The position numbers were made by a program, and so were the translations under genes. The notes beneath the pieces were generated by a model. The model was not told the origin of the DNA and did no database searches. It saw only the letters and a list, made by a program, of their open reading frames with translations. A stretch of 64,000 bases of DNA from Candidatus Hinthialibacter antarcticus (GTDB taxonomy: Bacteria; Hinthialibacterota; Hinthialibacteria; Hinthialibacterales; Hinthialibacteraceae), in contig JAVCCE010000054.1 in assembly GCA_030765645.1 (NCBI GenBank), positions 3,568 through 67,567 on the forward strand, given 5' to 3'. This document shows, piece by piece, positions 10,466 through 19,344 of the stretch (the stretch's first letter is position 1; the number at the start of each line of letters is the position of its first letter).

Positions 10466-11752
10466 TTAAGCTAAGGTCCAGGGCTTGCGATAGGCGCGGC
10501 CTAAGAGCGCGTTTGCTTCAGGGTCGTCGATGATGGTTTCCGTATCGGGGTTCCAGCGAATTTTTCGATTGAGCAGCATTGTGATTTCGCCTAAATGCCC
10601 GACGCTGATGGAACGGCAGCCGGTTTCGGCGGGGCAGATGGTTTCCTGGCGGCTTTTTACGCAGTCCAGAAAATTCTGGAAATGGTCGCGGCTTTGATAC
10701 AGGCGCGTATCGTTTGGCCCGATGCAGTCTTTTTTTAACAAGTTTTCGTCTGATGCTTCGATGGCGCCTCGATTGACCCAAACCCAGCCATTCTCGCCGA
10801 TCCACTTTGTTCCGCCCCGGTTTGAACTCGAGATGTTAATGGTGACGCCGGTTTTATATTTGCAGACAAAACTGTAACTCGTAGCGGTGTCATACAAACC
10901 TTCGCGGGGATACTCGGCGCTGCCGCTAATTTCAACCGGCCCGGTTTGGTCGTAGCCCATGCCCCAGTGGGCAATGTCGATATGGTGGCCCGCCCAGTCT
11001 GTGAGTTGGCCTCCTGAATAATCCATAATCCAGCGCCAGTCCCAGTGGCAGCGGTCTCTACCAAAGTCACAGTATTCACGCCAGGGCGCAGGGCCGAGCC
11101 AGCGGTCCCAATCTAAATCTTCAGGCGCGGGCTTCGTTGGTTTGAGGTCCGTTGAACCACCGCCGGGCAAGCCCACTTCGACTGTGTGGATCGCCCCGAT
11201 TTTCTCATTGCGCACCAGTTCGCACGCATGTTGAAAATTTCCTTCAGAGCGCTGTTGGCTGCCGGTTTGCCATACCCGTCCGTATCGGCGAACCGCGTCA
11301 CAAATGGCGCGGCTTTCGCGGATGGAGCGCGACAGCGGCTTTTCGCCATAGACATCAAGGCCTCTTTTCGCCGCAGCGATTGCGGGCAGCGCATGCCAAT
11401 GGTCGGGGACGGCGATCAAGACCGCGTCGAGGTCGTCGCGCTCAAGCAGTTCGCGAAAATCCACGTAAGCGGCGCAGTCGCTATTATCATTAAATTCGTC
11501 CACGCTTTGTTTCGCCCGTTTGCGATGCGAGCCGTCAACGTCGCAAACAGCCCGAATATATGCTTCGTCGCGGCGCATAAAATTGCGCATGTCGCCGGTG
11601 CCTTGCGAACCGACGCCGATGCAACCCATCACGATCCGGTTGCTAGGCGCGACGTTTCCAAATGTACCCATGGCGGAAGCCGAAATAAACATCGGCGCCG
11701 CGAATGTGGATTTCAAAAAGTTTCTGCGAGAAAAATTTGATTGATTCGGCAT
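10466..11752 (-). CDS. Tat-exported Gfo/Idh/MocA oxidoreductase
   Basis: SRRNFLK Tat motif, IGVGSQG, PDHWH, YGEKP, QTGSQQRS, WDRWLGPAP, DWAGHHID. Confidence 0.93.
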   Translation of the reverse strand: MPNQSNFSRRNFLKSTFAAPMFISASAMGTFGNVAPSNRIVMGCIGVGSQGTGDMRNFMRRDEAYIRAVCDVDGSHRKRAKQSVDEFNDNSDCAAYVDFRELLERDDLDAVLIAVPDHWHALPAIAAAKRGLDVYGEKPLSRSIRESRAICDAVRRYGRVWQTGSQQRSEGNFQHACELVRNEKIGAIHTVEVGLPGGGSTDLKPTKPAPEDLDWDRWLGPAPWREYCDFGRDRCHWDWRWIMDYSGGQLTDWAGHHIDIAHWGMGYDQTGPVEISGSAEYPREGLYDTATSYSFVCKYKTGVTINISSSNRGGTKWIGENGWVWVNRGAIEASDENLLKKDCIGPNDTRLYQSRDHFQNFLDCVKSRQETICPAETGCRSISVGHLGEITMLLNRKIRWNPDTETIIDDPEANALLGRAYRKPWTLA

Positions 11753-12004
11753 GAGGCGTTCTCCCTATATTGACTGAAAATGGCTTGACGAGTTGAAAAC
11801 AACAGTATTTCTATTTCACAAGTCATTATTCTATTATTACTCACCCAAAACCGTACTTAAGGTTCCAGAGCGTTTATCAATGAATTTATCAGAAGCGCTA
11901 TAAAACTTCAATTGAAGTCCACCGTTTTACGGACTGTCGTTTTTAAAAAATTAGACATCATGCAAGCGAGAATAGGTGGAGAATCCTAAAATACGCAAAA
12001 ATGG

Positions 12005-12266
12005 GGTTCTTCCGTAAATTGGATACTTTATCACAAATTGAACTGCGTTTTTTTTACGCTTTTTCGTAAATCCTTGATCCTTCGCTGCATCAGGCATGGG
12101 TACAACTCTGCTCGCTTCAGTGCGGGCTTTCAAGCCCTTATGCACAGGCGCTCCCAGAATTTTGCCCATGCCTGATTGGTTTGTCAGTTTTTGAAATCCC
12201 GGGGCCTGTTTCTGAATAAAAATCATGGCCATCCATCAATGTAGGTACTCACTTACCGGATGAACC
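12005..12266. mobile_element. MITE copy 1 (intact, 262 bp, ISL3-like ends)
   Basis: Ends ggttcttccg.../...ccggatgaacc; flanks aaaaatgg (11997-12004) and aaaaatga (12267-12274), a 7/8 target duplication; internal hairpin 12089-12176. Confidence 0.85.
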
Positions 12267-12379
12267 AAAAATGAAAAGGCAAAAACCACGTTTTCTTGTG
12301 ATCTTTGCCTTTTATATCTAAAACCGAAACGAACTCTACATCTTAAAAGGTCTGCCTAAAGATTCTCGCAGAATGGTTG

Positions 12380-14380
12380 TTATTGGCCCGTCGCGTCTCC
12401 GAGCATTTCATCATTTGATTTTCTTGGATAGAAATAGAAATGGCCATCTTCTCCGCCGACGAGTAAATCTTGAATCCCATCACCATTCCAATCGACGTTC
12501 GTGGGAGATGTTGTGTGTCCTTCCAGGCGATTGGGCGTGATATCGCCCCGGTAACGAAAAGCAAATGTATGCGCTTTTTCGCTCGTGTTTTCGTAATAGG
12601 AAATATTTCGCGTTTTCTCTGGAGAAGAGCGCGGGCTATTGATTAAGATATCAAAATCGTTATCTCCATCCCAGTCGACCAAGTTAATTTTTCTGCGACC
12701 GCTTTTGCCGGCAATCCCATTATTTAAGTTTAACGCATCTCCGTTTTCATCTAAGAAGATTCTCTTACCGGGCAGGGTGATTAACTGGTTCTCTTGTCTG
12801 CTTCTCTCAAAGAAACTGAGATAGCCTTCGTGATCGATCAAGATCAAATCATTCAGTCCGTCATCATTCAGGTCTAACACATTGGGGCGCGTTCGCCATT
12901 GGACGACGAGTTCTTTTTCATTCGGGTTCCACCAATTCCAGGCTGGCTTGGGAGGCGCATTTTGCCATTCCACTTCAATTGGTCGGGCCGCAGCCAGTGC
13001 AGGATTTGAGCGAGTTCCAATATTGCGGTACCAAATCATTTTCCCCACAATCGTATTCATCACGATGTCAGGCAGGCCGTCCATGTCCCAATCCGCCGCA
13101 TAAGGAACCGAGTAGCCCCATTTGGCTTCTGCAGGCCCTTGGATCGATAGGTTCTCGCCCGCCAGAATGCGGATCTCTTCGCCATTTACGCTCAGCCGTT
13201 TCGGCTCCGCCCATTTTGGATGCGGGTCTCCTCCCAGATTCTCGATCCACTCGATGAATCCCGCAGAGTTGCCGCAGATCAAATCTTCATCGCCGTCGCC
13301 ATCCCAATCAATGCTGCATGGGGTTGCCAACGCGCCGCATTTGACGTTCTCCGCCTGCTGTTGAAAGAACACCGGAGGCCGGAGTTGGGGCGCGCCGGTG
13401 TTGTCCTTGCCGGCATTTTCGATCCAAGCGACCCGCCCGTCTTCCTGGCCGACGACAATATCCATATCAGAATCTTGGTCCCAATCAAAAACGACAACTT
13501 GAAGCATTTGTAATTCCATCTTGATCTCTTTGCCATTGGCTTTTAGACGCTGTCCCGCCGAATAAACAGGGGTTTGTCTCGTTCCGGTATTTTCAAAAAA
13601 ACGGATACCGTCTAAAAATTCGCCACAAATTAAATCCATATCGCCGTCGTTGTCCCAATCGACTAAATTGGGCGAAGGGCAGCCGTAGACTTCTAATGGT
13701 TTGTCGCCGATTTGAATTTGGGTTGCCGCGCCATACTTGGGGGCGTCATTCGTCCCATTATTTTTCACCCAATACACATGTCCATGGATGGCGCCATGCG
13801 TCCAGTTGCCTTTTGCGTCGTATGCGTTGTCCCAGCCATAGTCACGCCAGTCGCTGGTTCCAATCAGAAGGTCGGTGATTTTGTCGCCGTCATAATCGGC
13901 GAATTTCCATTGATTTGCTCTGCCTGAATAGAACTCTTTTTCAAATGGAATTGGTTTGGGGTTTGAAAAAAGATTGTTGCGGAAGTCGTCGTGCATTTTT
14001 CCAGGTTCACAAATCACCTCTTTGTTATTGATATATGAAATTGTGAGGTTGTGTTTAGCGGAACCCAATCGCTTTCCAGGCAAAAAAACATCGGAACCGT
14101 TATTTTCAAAAAGATAGATTCCCTTGTAAGGAACATCGGCTGTAGACGCGAGCAAGTCATTATCACCATCGTTGTCCCAATCTATCGGAAACGGGACCGC
14201 CCACAGCCCGACCCCCAAGTCAACAACTAAGCCAGGGTGGTTGTATGCCATGCGGTTTTGCTCAAGAGGGATTTCTGCTTGAGAAAAAGCGGTCGCTTGT
14301 ATGCTTAAAACGAAGGCCAGCGCAAAAATATGTATCTTCATTTTATACCTTGTCCTTTTGTTTATATTCAACATCTTCAT
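12380..14380 (-). CDS. Secreted FG-GAP/VCBS repeat beta-propeller protein
   Basis: Many D-W-D-x-D-G-D-x-D-L repeats, each followed by (F/Y)-E-N; signal peptide, start possibly 14341. Confidence 0.88.
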   Translation of the reverse strand: MKMLNINKRTRYKMKIHIFALAFVLSIQATAFSQAEIPLEQNRMAYNHPGLVVDLGVGLWAVPFPIDWDNDGDNDLLASTADVPYKGIYLFENNGSDVFLPGKRLGSAKHNLTISYINNKEVICEPGKMHDDFRNNLFSNPKPIPFEKEFYSGRANQWKFADYDGDKITDLLIGTSDWRDYGWDNAYDAKGNWTHGAIHGHVYWVKNNGTNDAPKYGAATQIQIGDKPLEVYGCPSPNLVDWDNDGDMDLICGEFLDGIRFFENTGTRQTPVYSAGQRLKANGKEIKMELQMLQVVVFDWDQDSDMDIVVGQEDGRVAWIENAGKDNTGAPQLRPPVFFQQQAENVKCGALATPCSIDWDGDGDEDLICGNSAGFIEWIENLGGDPHPKWAEPKRLSVNGEEIRILAGENLSIQGPAEAKWGYSVPYAADWDMDGLPDIVMNTIVGKMIWYRNIGTRSNPALAAARPIEVEWQNAPPKPAWNWWNPNEKELVVQWRTRPNVLDLNDDGLNDLILIDHEGYLSFFERSRQENQLITLPGKRIFLDENGDALNLNNGIAGKSGRRKINLVDWDGDNDFDILINSPRSSPEKTRNISYYENTSEKAHTFAFRYRGDITPNRLEGHTTSPTNVDWNGDGIQDLLVGGEDGHFYFYPRKSNDEMLGDATGQ

Positions 14381-14497
14381 TTAAGATATAGGTTCGTGTG
14401 AACATCCGCAATGTTTAAAACCTCTAACCAGAAAGGCAGCGGTATTGAGGGCAGTGAGTTTTTTCGTCATGCTTTTATCCTTGTTGAATATATGAGG

Positions 14498-15970
14498 CTA
14501 ACCGGTTTTGGGTTTTAGATTTGTAATCCAACTAAATAGGTAGGTGATTGAGAACGCAGAAATGATTCCAACCGCTGCATAGGTTTGGGTATGCCAGACG
14601 AATTCATATTTGATGATCGCGATGATGGCGGTGCTCAACACTAAGCCTGCGACGACGCCAACCTGATTCGCGGTTTTGGTAAACCGTCCGACGCAGAATA
14701 TTCCGGTCAAGACGCCGCCCAATAGCCCCTGGACGGCGATAAATAGGTCCCAGGCGCCTTTCTGTTCTGGATTGTTTAATAAACTTTGCGCGACCCCGAT
14801 GGCTAACCCTGTGGCGAACACCCCGACAACAATTGTAATGACGCGGGCCAATCGGAGCCGCTGTTGATCGCTGCTTTGGGGGTTGCGAAAGCGATAATAG
14901 AAGTCCGTCACGCAAACCGTCGCGATAGAATTTAAACTGGAATCCAAACTGGACATAGACCCCGCAAAAATTGCAGCGATTAACAGGCCGGATATCCCAA
15001 CCGGAATTTCATTGACGATGAAGAACGGAAAAATTCGATCATATTGAATTCCCGTTTCAAGCAACCCCGGATGGGTGGTATAAAACGCAAACAGGGCCGT
15101 TCCCAAAAAGAAAAACAGGAGCGATGCGGGCGCCGCCACCAACACGCTGAGCCACAGGCAGTTTCTCGCTTCGCGGTCTGTCTTGACGGTGAAATAGCGC
15201 TGGACGACCGTTTGGTCGGAAGCGTAAGGGACGAGGTTCGTAAAAAAAGCCCCCAGCAAAATAAACCAGATTAAATCTTTCGAGACGCTCGCGTCGGTGT
15301 GTACCATTGCGAATTTATGGTTGGCCTGGCCGATTTCAATGATGCCGAAAAAACCGCCGTCGACTTTCATGCAAACAATCACGATTGCCATGATTGCGCC
15401 CAACACCAAAACAAACGCCTGGACTACGTCCGTCCAAATAACGACTTCGATCCCGCCCATGACGGTATATGCCGTTGCGAGAATCCCCATCAAAATAATC
15501 ATCCAGTAGACGGAAAAGCCCGTGACTTCTGATAACGCTAGCGCGGGAAGGTATAACACAATTGCAACCCGCCCGACTTGCATGAGGATGTAAGCGAGCG
15601 CGCCATACGCGCGCGTCTCCGGCCCAAAGCGCTCTTCTAAAATTTGATAAATGGAGGTGTAGTGTTTTTGGCGATAGACCGGCAGAAAATAATAAATCAC
15701 AAAGACGCCAACGATGGGGATGCCGAGGTTATACAACAACCAGGCCCAATCATTTTCAAACGCCATGCCGGGGATCGAAATATACGTAATGGCGCTGAGC
15801 TGGGTGGCGAAAATCGAAATACCGACAGCCCACCAGGCGATGTTTCGGTTTCCGACAAAAAAACGCTCGGTTGAGCCTTCTTTGCGCGAAAAGTAAAAAC
15901 CAATCCCCACCATGGCTGCGAGGTATACAATCAATACCAGATAATCTATAAAATGAAATTCATTCGTCAT
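14498..15970 (-). CDS. Sodium:solute symporter (SSS, SiaT/sugar-like)
   Basis: Many TM segments; SIFATQLSAITY, GGIEVVIWTDVVQ, DQTVVQRY, GSMSSLDSSLNS. Confidence 0.93.
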   Translation of the reverse strand: MTNEFHFIDYLVLIVYLAAMVGIGFYFSRKEGSTERFFVGNRNIAWWAVGISIFATQLSAITYISIPGMAFENDWAWLLYNLGIPIVGVFVIYYFLPVYRQKHYTSIYQILEERFGPETRAYGALAYILMQVGRVAIVLYLPALALSEVTGFSVYWMIILMGILATAYTVMGGIEVVIWTDVVQAFVLVLGAIMAIVIVCMKVDGGFFGIIEIGQANHKFAMVHTDASVSKDLIWFILLGAFFTNLVPYASDQTVVQRYFTVKTDREARNCLWLSVLVAAPASLLFFFLGTALFAFYTTHPGLLETGIQYDRIFPFFIVNEIPVGISGLLIAAIFAGSMSSLDSSLNSIATVCVTDFYYRFRNPQSSDQQRLRLARVITIVVGVFATGLAIGVAQSLLNNPEQKGAWDLFIAVQGLLGGVLTGIFCVGRFTKTANQVGVVAGLVLSTAIIAIIKYEFVWHTQTYAAVGIISAFSITYLFSWITNLKPKTG

Positions 15971-16093
15971 TGTTATTGTTCAATCAAAGCGTGACTTCTT
16001 TATAGTTATTAAAGACTCCGCTTGAGACGAAGTCGTTCCTATAGAATGATGTACAATTTACCATAATTTCTGACGTTTTTATGGGGAGACATA

Positions 16094-17290
16094 ATGATAC
16101 ATAGCGCGATTCAAATCATTGCATTGATTTCACTGGTTTGTTTTTGTCACTTGCCTTCCGCTGCGGTGGAAGAAGCCGTCGCGAATGGCAAGGCGGTCAC
16201 ACAGAACGCTGTCGAGCCAAACTCATCTCACACCCAACCCAAGGGCTACAGCCTGCCAGTGATTGATCTCTCATCACAGACAGAACGGCAGGTGATAATC
16301 GACCAGGAAGCCGGGCAGTATCTGGGGCACCCGACCACCGTATTGTTAGAAGACAAAAAAACCATGATCGCGGTTTACCCCAAGGGACACGGGCGCGGCG
16401 CGATCATCATGAAACGCAGTTTGGACGGCGGATTGACCTGGTCAGAACGGCTGCCGGTTCCAGAGAACTGGGCGACGTCGCTTGAAACGCCGACCATTCA
16501 TCGCGTGATTGATGCGAAAGAAAATCGCCGCCTGGTTCTCTTTTCTGGATTGCATCCCATTCGCCTATCGGTTTCTGAAGATGACGGGCTGAACTGGACG
16601 CCGTTGAAGCCGATTGGAGATTTTGGCGGCATCGTCGCAATGTCAGACCTGATTCAAACCAGCGGCGGGCAATATCAAGCGTATTTTCATGATGACGGAC
16701 GCTTTCTCCACAACGAAGGAAAACGGGGCGCATTCATTGTATACAAGACGCGCTCCGATGACGGCGGTTTGACGTGGAGCGCACAGGAAGAAGTCGTCAG
16801 CCATCCCGTTGCGCATTTATGCGAACCGGGGTTGGTGAAATCGCCGGACGGCTCGCAATGGTTGATGTTGCTGCGTGAAAACAGCCGCCAGTTCAATTCG
16901 TTTTATTGCGTCTCGAATGACGAAGGCGAAACGTGGTCAGCGCCGAAACAACTGCCGGGCGCGTTGACTGGAGACCGCCATGTAATCCGCTATGCGCCTG
17001 ACGGCAGACTGGTGATTACGTTTCGCGACATGGCGCATACCACGTCAACCCATGGTGATTTTGTCGCCTGGGTCGGAACCTATGACGACATTATCAATGA
17101 CAGAGAAGGCCAATACCGCGTCCGGCTGCTGGACAATAAAGACGGCGCCGATACGGGATACGCAGGATTGGAATTGCTCTCTGATGGCGCCTTTGTTTCG
17201 ACAACCTATTGCCATTTGTATGAAGGCAAAGAGCCGCTTGTTGTTAGCGTACGTTTTCAGTTAAGCGAATTAGACGCCATCGCCCCTTGA
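16094..17290 (+). CDS. Secreted BNR/Asp-box sialidase-like glycosidase
   Basis: Four Asp-boxes (SLDGGLTW, SEDDGLNW, SDDGGLTW, SNDEGETW), CEP, C-terminal GY; signal peptide. Confidence 0.85.
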   Translation: MIHSAIQIIALISLVCFCHLPSAAVEEAVANGKAVTQNAVEPNSSHTQPKGYSLPVIDLSSQTERQVIIDQEAGQYLGHPTTVLLEDKKTMIAVYPKGHGRGAIIMKRSLDGGLTWSERLPVPENWATSLETPTIHRVIDAKENRRLVLFSGLHPIRLSVSEDDGLNWTPLKPIGDFGGIVAMSDLIQTSGGQYQAYFHDDGRFLHNEGKRGAFIVYKTRSDDGGLTWSAQEEVVSHPVAHLCEPGLVKSPDGSQWLMLLRENSRQFNSFYCVSNDEGETWSAPKQLPGALTGDRHVIRYAPDGRLVITFRDMAHTTSTHGDFVAWVGTYDDIINDREGQYRVRLLDNKDGADTGYAGLELLSDGAFVSTTYCHLYEGKEPLVVSVRFQLSELDAIAP

Positions 17291-17369
17291 TGAAGCCGCG
17301 CGCGGCCGGTCGCCCGAAATAAAACACGAATTATGTTCTTCTGTTCATTCTTTTTGATTGGAGTTTGTT

Positions 17370-19235
17370 ATGTTGATCCATCACCTGTTGTCATTCATGG
17401 CTGTATGCGCAATTTCAAATCCGATTGAGGTATACGACCTCACGTATGCCTTGCGGTTTGATGCGAACAACCGCGAGCAAGTCGAAGACGCCTGGGACCA
17501 TTGCCACGCCGTCTCAACGCTTCAGGGAATCGTAAACCGGGACCAACCCCGCTTGTATATTCGTTTTGTTGAAAACCATGGAATGAATATTGACGACTAT
17601 TGGCTCGACCAAAACTCCAAGCCGGGAGAATGGCTTGAAGACAGGCCGAGAAAAAACATCCCTGACATTCAAGCATTGATTGAGACGTATCGCTCAGATA
17701 TCAACGGCGTTGTTGTTTATGACCCCGCCGTCCCCGCGACAAGCAACCTCGCTTCCAGCATCGCCGGCGCGGAAGATTTGATCGCGATTCGATATGACGC
17801 GAGCCCCAACTCGCTTTATTCGCAAATCGTTTTGCAGGGGCCTCAACTTCCGGTCAAGGCGCGGCTCATCAATGAAGACGGCTCATCTCTGTTTACGGGG
17901 AAGGACAAAATCCCCGGGACGGACGCGCCATCAACTGGCAGCGCGAAATGCGACGCCTACCTCTGGCTCAAACACCATTATATGGATACCGGAAAACTCA
18001 ATTGCGAGTATGCGGGCTTCTATCTCGACGCGTATTGGATAGAGAATCCACGAGCGGCGAACCCCAACCACCACACGCTGACCAACCATGATTATTTTGT
18101 TTCAAAACGCGCCTTCTTTTTTGACCTTGGCGTGTGGGAAGACGAAACGCCCGTCGATGACCCGACGCAGAAGTTGGGTGAAGACTTAAAGACGCTGAAG
18201 GCGTTATTGTTGAACGCATATCATCACGGCGGCAGGGAGAAGATGCTCCACATCGGCGGGTTTACTCCCTGGGCGAATAAATATACCGATCACGGAAACG
18301 CAGGCGGCAAACACGGCGGCGTCCCAACGGAATGGGAATTCAGCCGAATCGTCAGCGCCTACAACGGGTACGTTGATGCGGACGCGATAGGGATGGGAGC
18401 GATGGCGAACGCTTCGTTCTGGCAGCATTATCCGCTTGATGAACAATACCCCCAGCCCTGGGTGACGCATGATGATTTAGTGAAACGCGGATATCTGAAC
18501 CGCGACGGTTCAATCAATTTTGATGGACGCGAATTCATCATTTTTTATGTAGGCGATTATGATTCCGCCGCGTGGCTGTATCAGATGGCGCCCAAGTTTT
18601 GGGATGATCCGGCCCGTGGAGAGGTCCCGATGATGTGGTCGATCAGCCCGGTGTTGGAGCGCCGGGCGGGAATGGTGATGGCCCGCATGAGAAAGACGGC
18701 GACGCCCAATGATTATTTCGTCGCGGCTGATAATGGGGCGGGATATTTGAATCCGGGCATGTTACAAGAGCCGCGCCCGATTTCGGGGCTTCCATCAGGG
18801 CTGGACGCATGGGCAGCGCATTGCCTGCCGATTTATCAACGCTGGGGAATGTCGATTACCGGGTTCGTCATTGATGGATATGCGCCCGGGTTAAACGAAG
18901 ACGGTTTGAGTTGCTATGAGACGTTTAGTCCGAACGGAATCGTCCCGCAGAAGATTCCACCGTTTATGCTTCATCATCAAATGCCAGTGTTACGCGCCGA
19001 TCATGACGTCAACGAAGGCAACATTAACGCGGCGGCCAATCATATTCTTGCGCGGGTAAAGGACCGCGATTTACCGTTCCATTGGTTCCGCAACATTCTC
19101 AAATCACCGCAATGGTATGCAGATGTAGTAACGGCGCTCAAAGAGAAAAACCCGGCGATCGAACTGCTCGACGCTCCGACATTTTTTGAACTACTGCGAA
19201 TTTATGGAACGGCGCAGGAGAACAAACCCGAGTAA
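17370..19235 (+). CDS. GxGYxYP-family putative glycoside hydrolase
   Basis: TLQGIVNRDQPRLY, FYVGDYDS, W-x-DPARG, GAGYLNP; ATG 17370 after ggag. Confidence 0.8.
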   Translation: MLIHHLLSFMAVCAISNPIEVYDLTYALRFDANNREQVEDAWDHCHAVSTLQGIVNRDQPRLYIRFVENHGMNIDDYWLDQNSKPGEWLEDRPRKNIPDIQALIETYRSDINGVVVYDPAVPATSNLASSIAGAEDLIAIRYDASPNSLYSQIVLQGPQLPVKARLINEDGSSLFTGKDKIPGTDAPSTGSAKCDAYLWLKHHYMDTGKLNCEYAGFYLDAYWIENPRAANPNHHTLTNHDYFVSKRAFFFDLGVWEDETPVDDPTQKLGEDLKTLKALLLNAYHHGGREKMLHIGGFTPWANKYTDHGNAGGKHGGVPTEWEFSRIVSAYNGYVDADAIGMGAMANASFWQHYPLDEQYPQPWVTHDDLVKRGYLNRDGSINFDGREFIIFYVGDYDSAAWLYQMAPKFWDDPARGEVPMMWSISPVLERRAGMVMARMRKTATPNDYFVAADNGAGYLNPGMLQEPRPISGLPSGLDAWAAHCLPIYQRWGMSITGFVIDGYAPGLNEDGLSCYETFSPNGIVPQKIPPFMLHHQMPVLRADHDVNEGNINAAANHILARVKDRDLPFHWFRNILKSPQWYADVVTALKEKNPAIELLDAPTFFELLRIYGTAQENKPE

Positions 19236-19254
19236 TGCACCGCACATGCCTCAC

Positions 19255-19287
19255 ACCAGAATAGGCGATTTTCTCGCCTATTCTGGT
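19255..19287. terminator. 14-bp-stem hairpin between convergent genes
   Basis: accagaataggcga-ttttc-tcgcctattctggt. Confidence 0.7.
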
Positions 19288-19344
19288 TGTCTAACGAAAC
19301 ACTCAAACGTCCCAGCGCTTGTCGCCATTGTGGATACGGCTCTC

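Noticed and set aside
12089..12176. tRNA or riboswitch in the ~85-nt structured repeat
   Set aside because: Folds as one long rod, has no T-loop or CCA end, and shows no consistent position or strand relative to downstream genes
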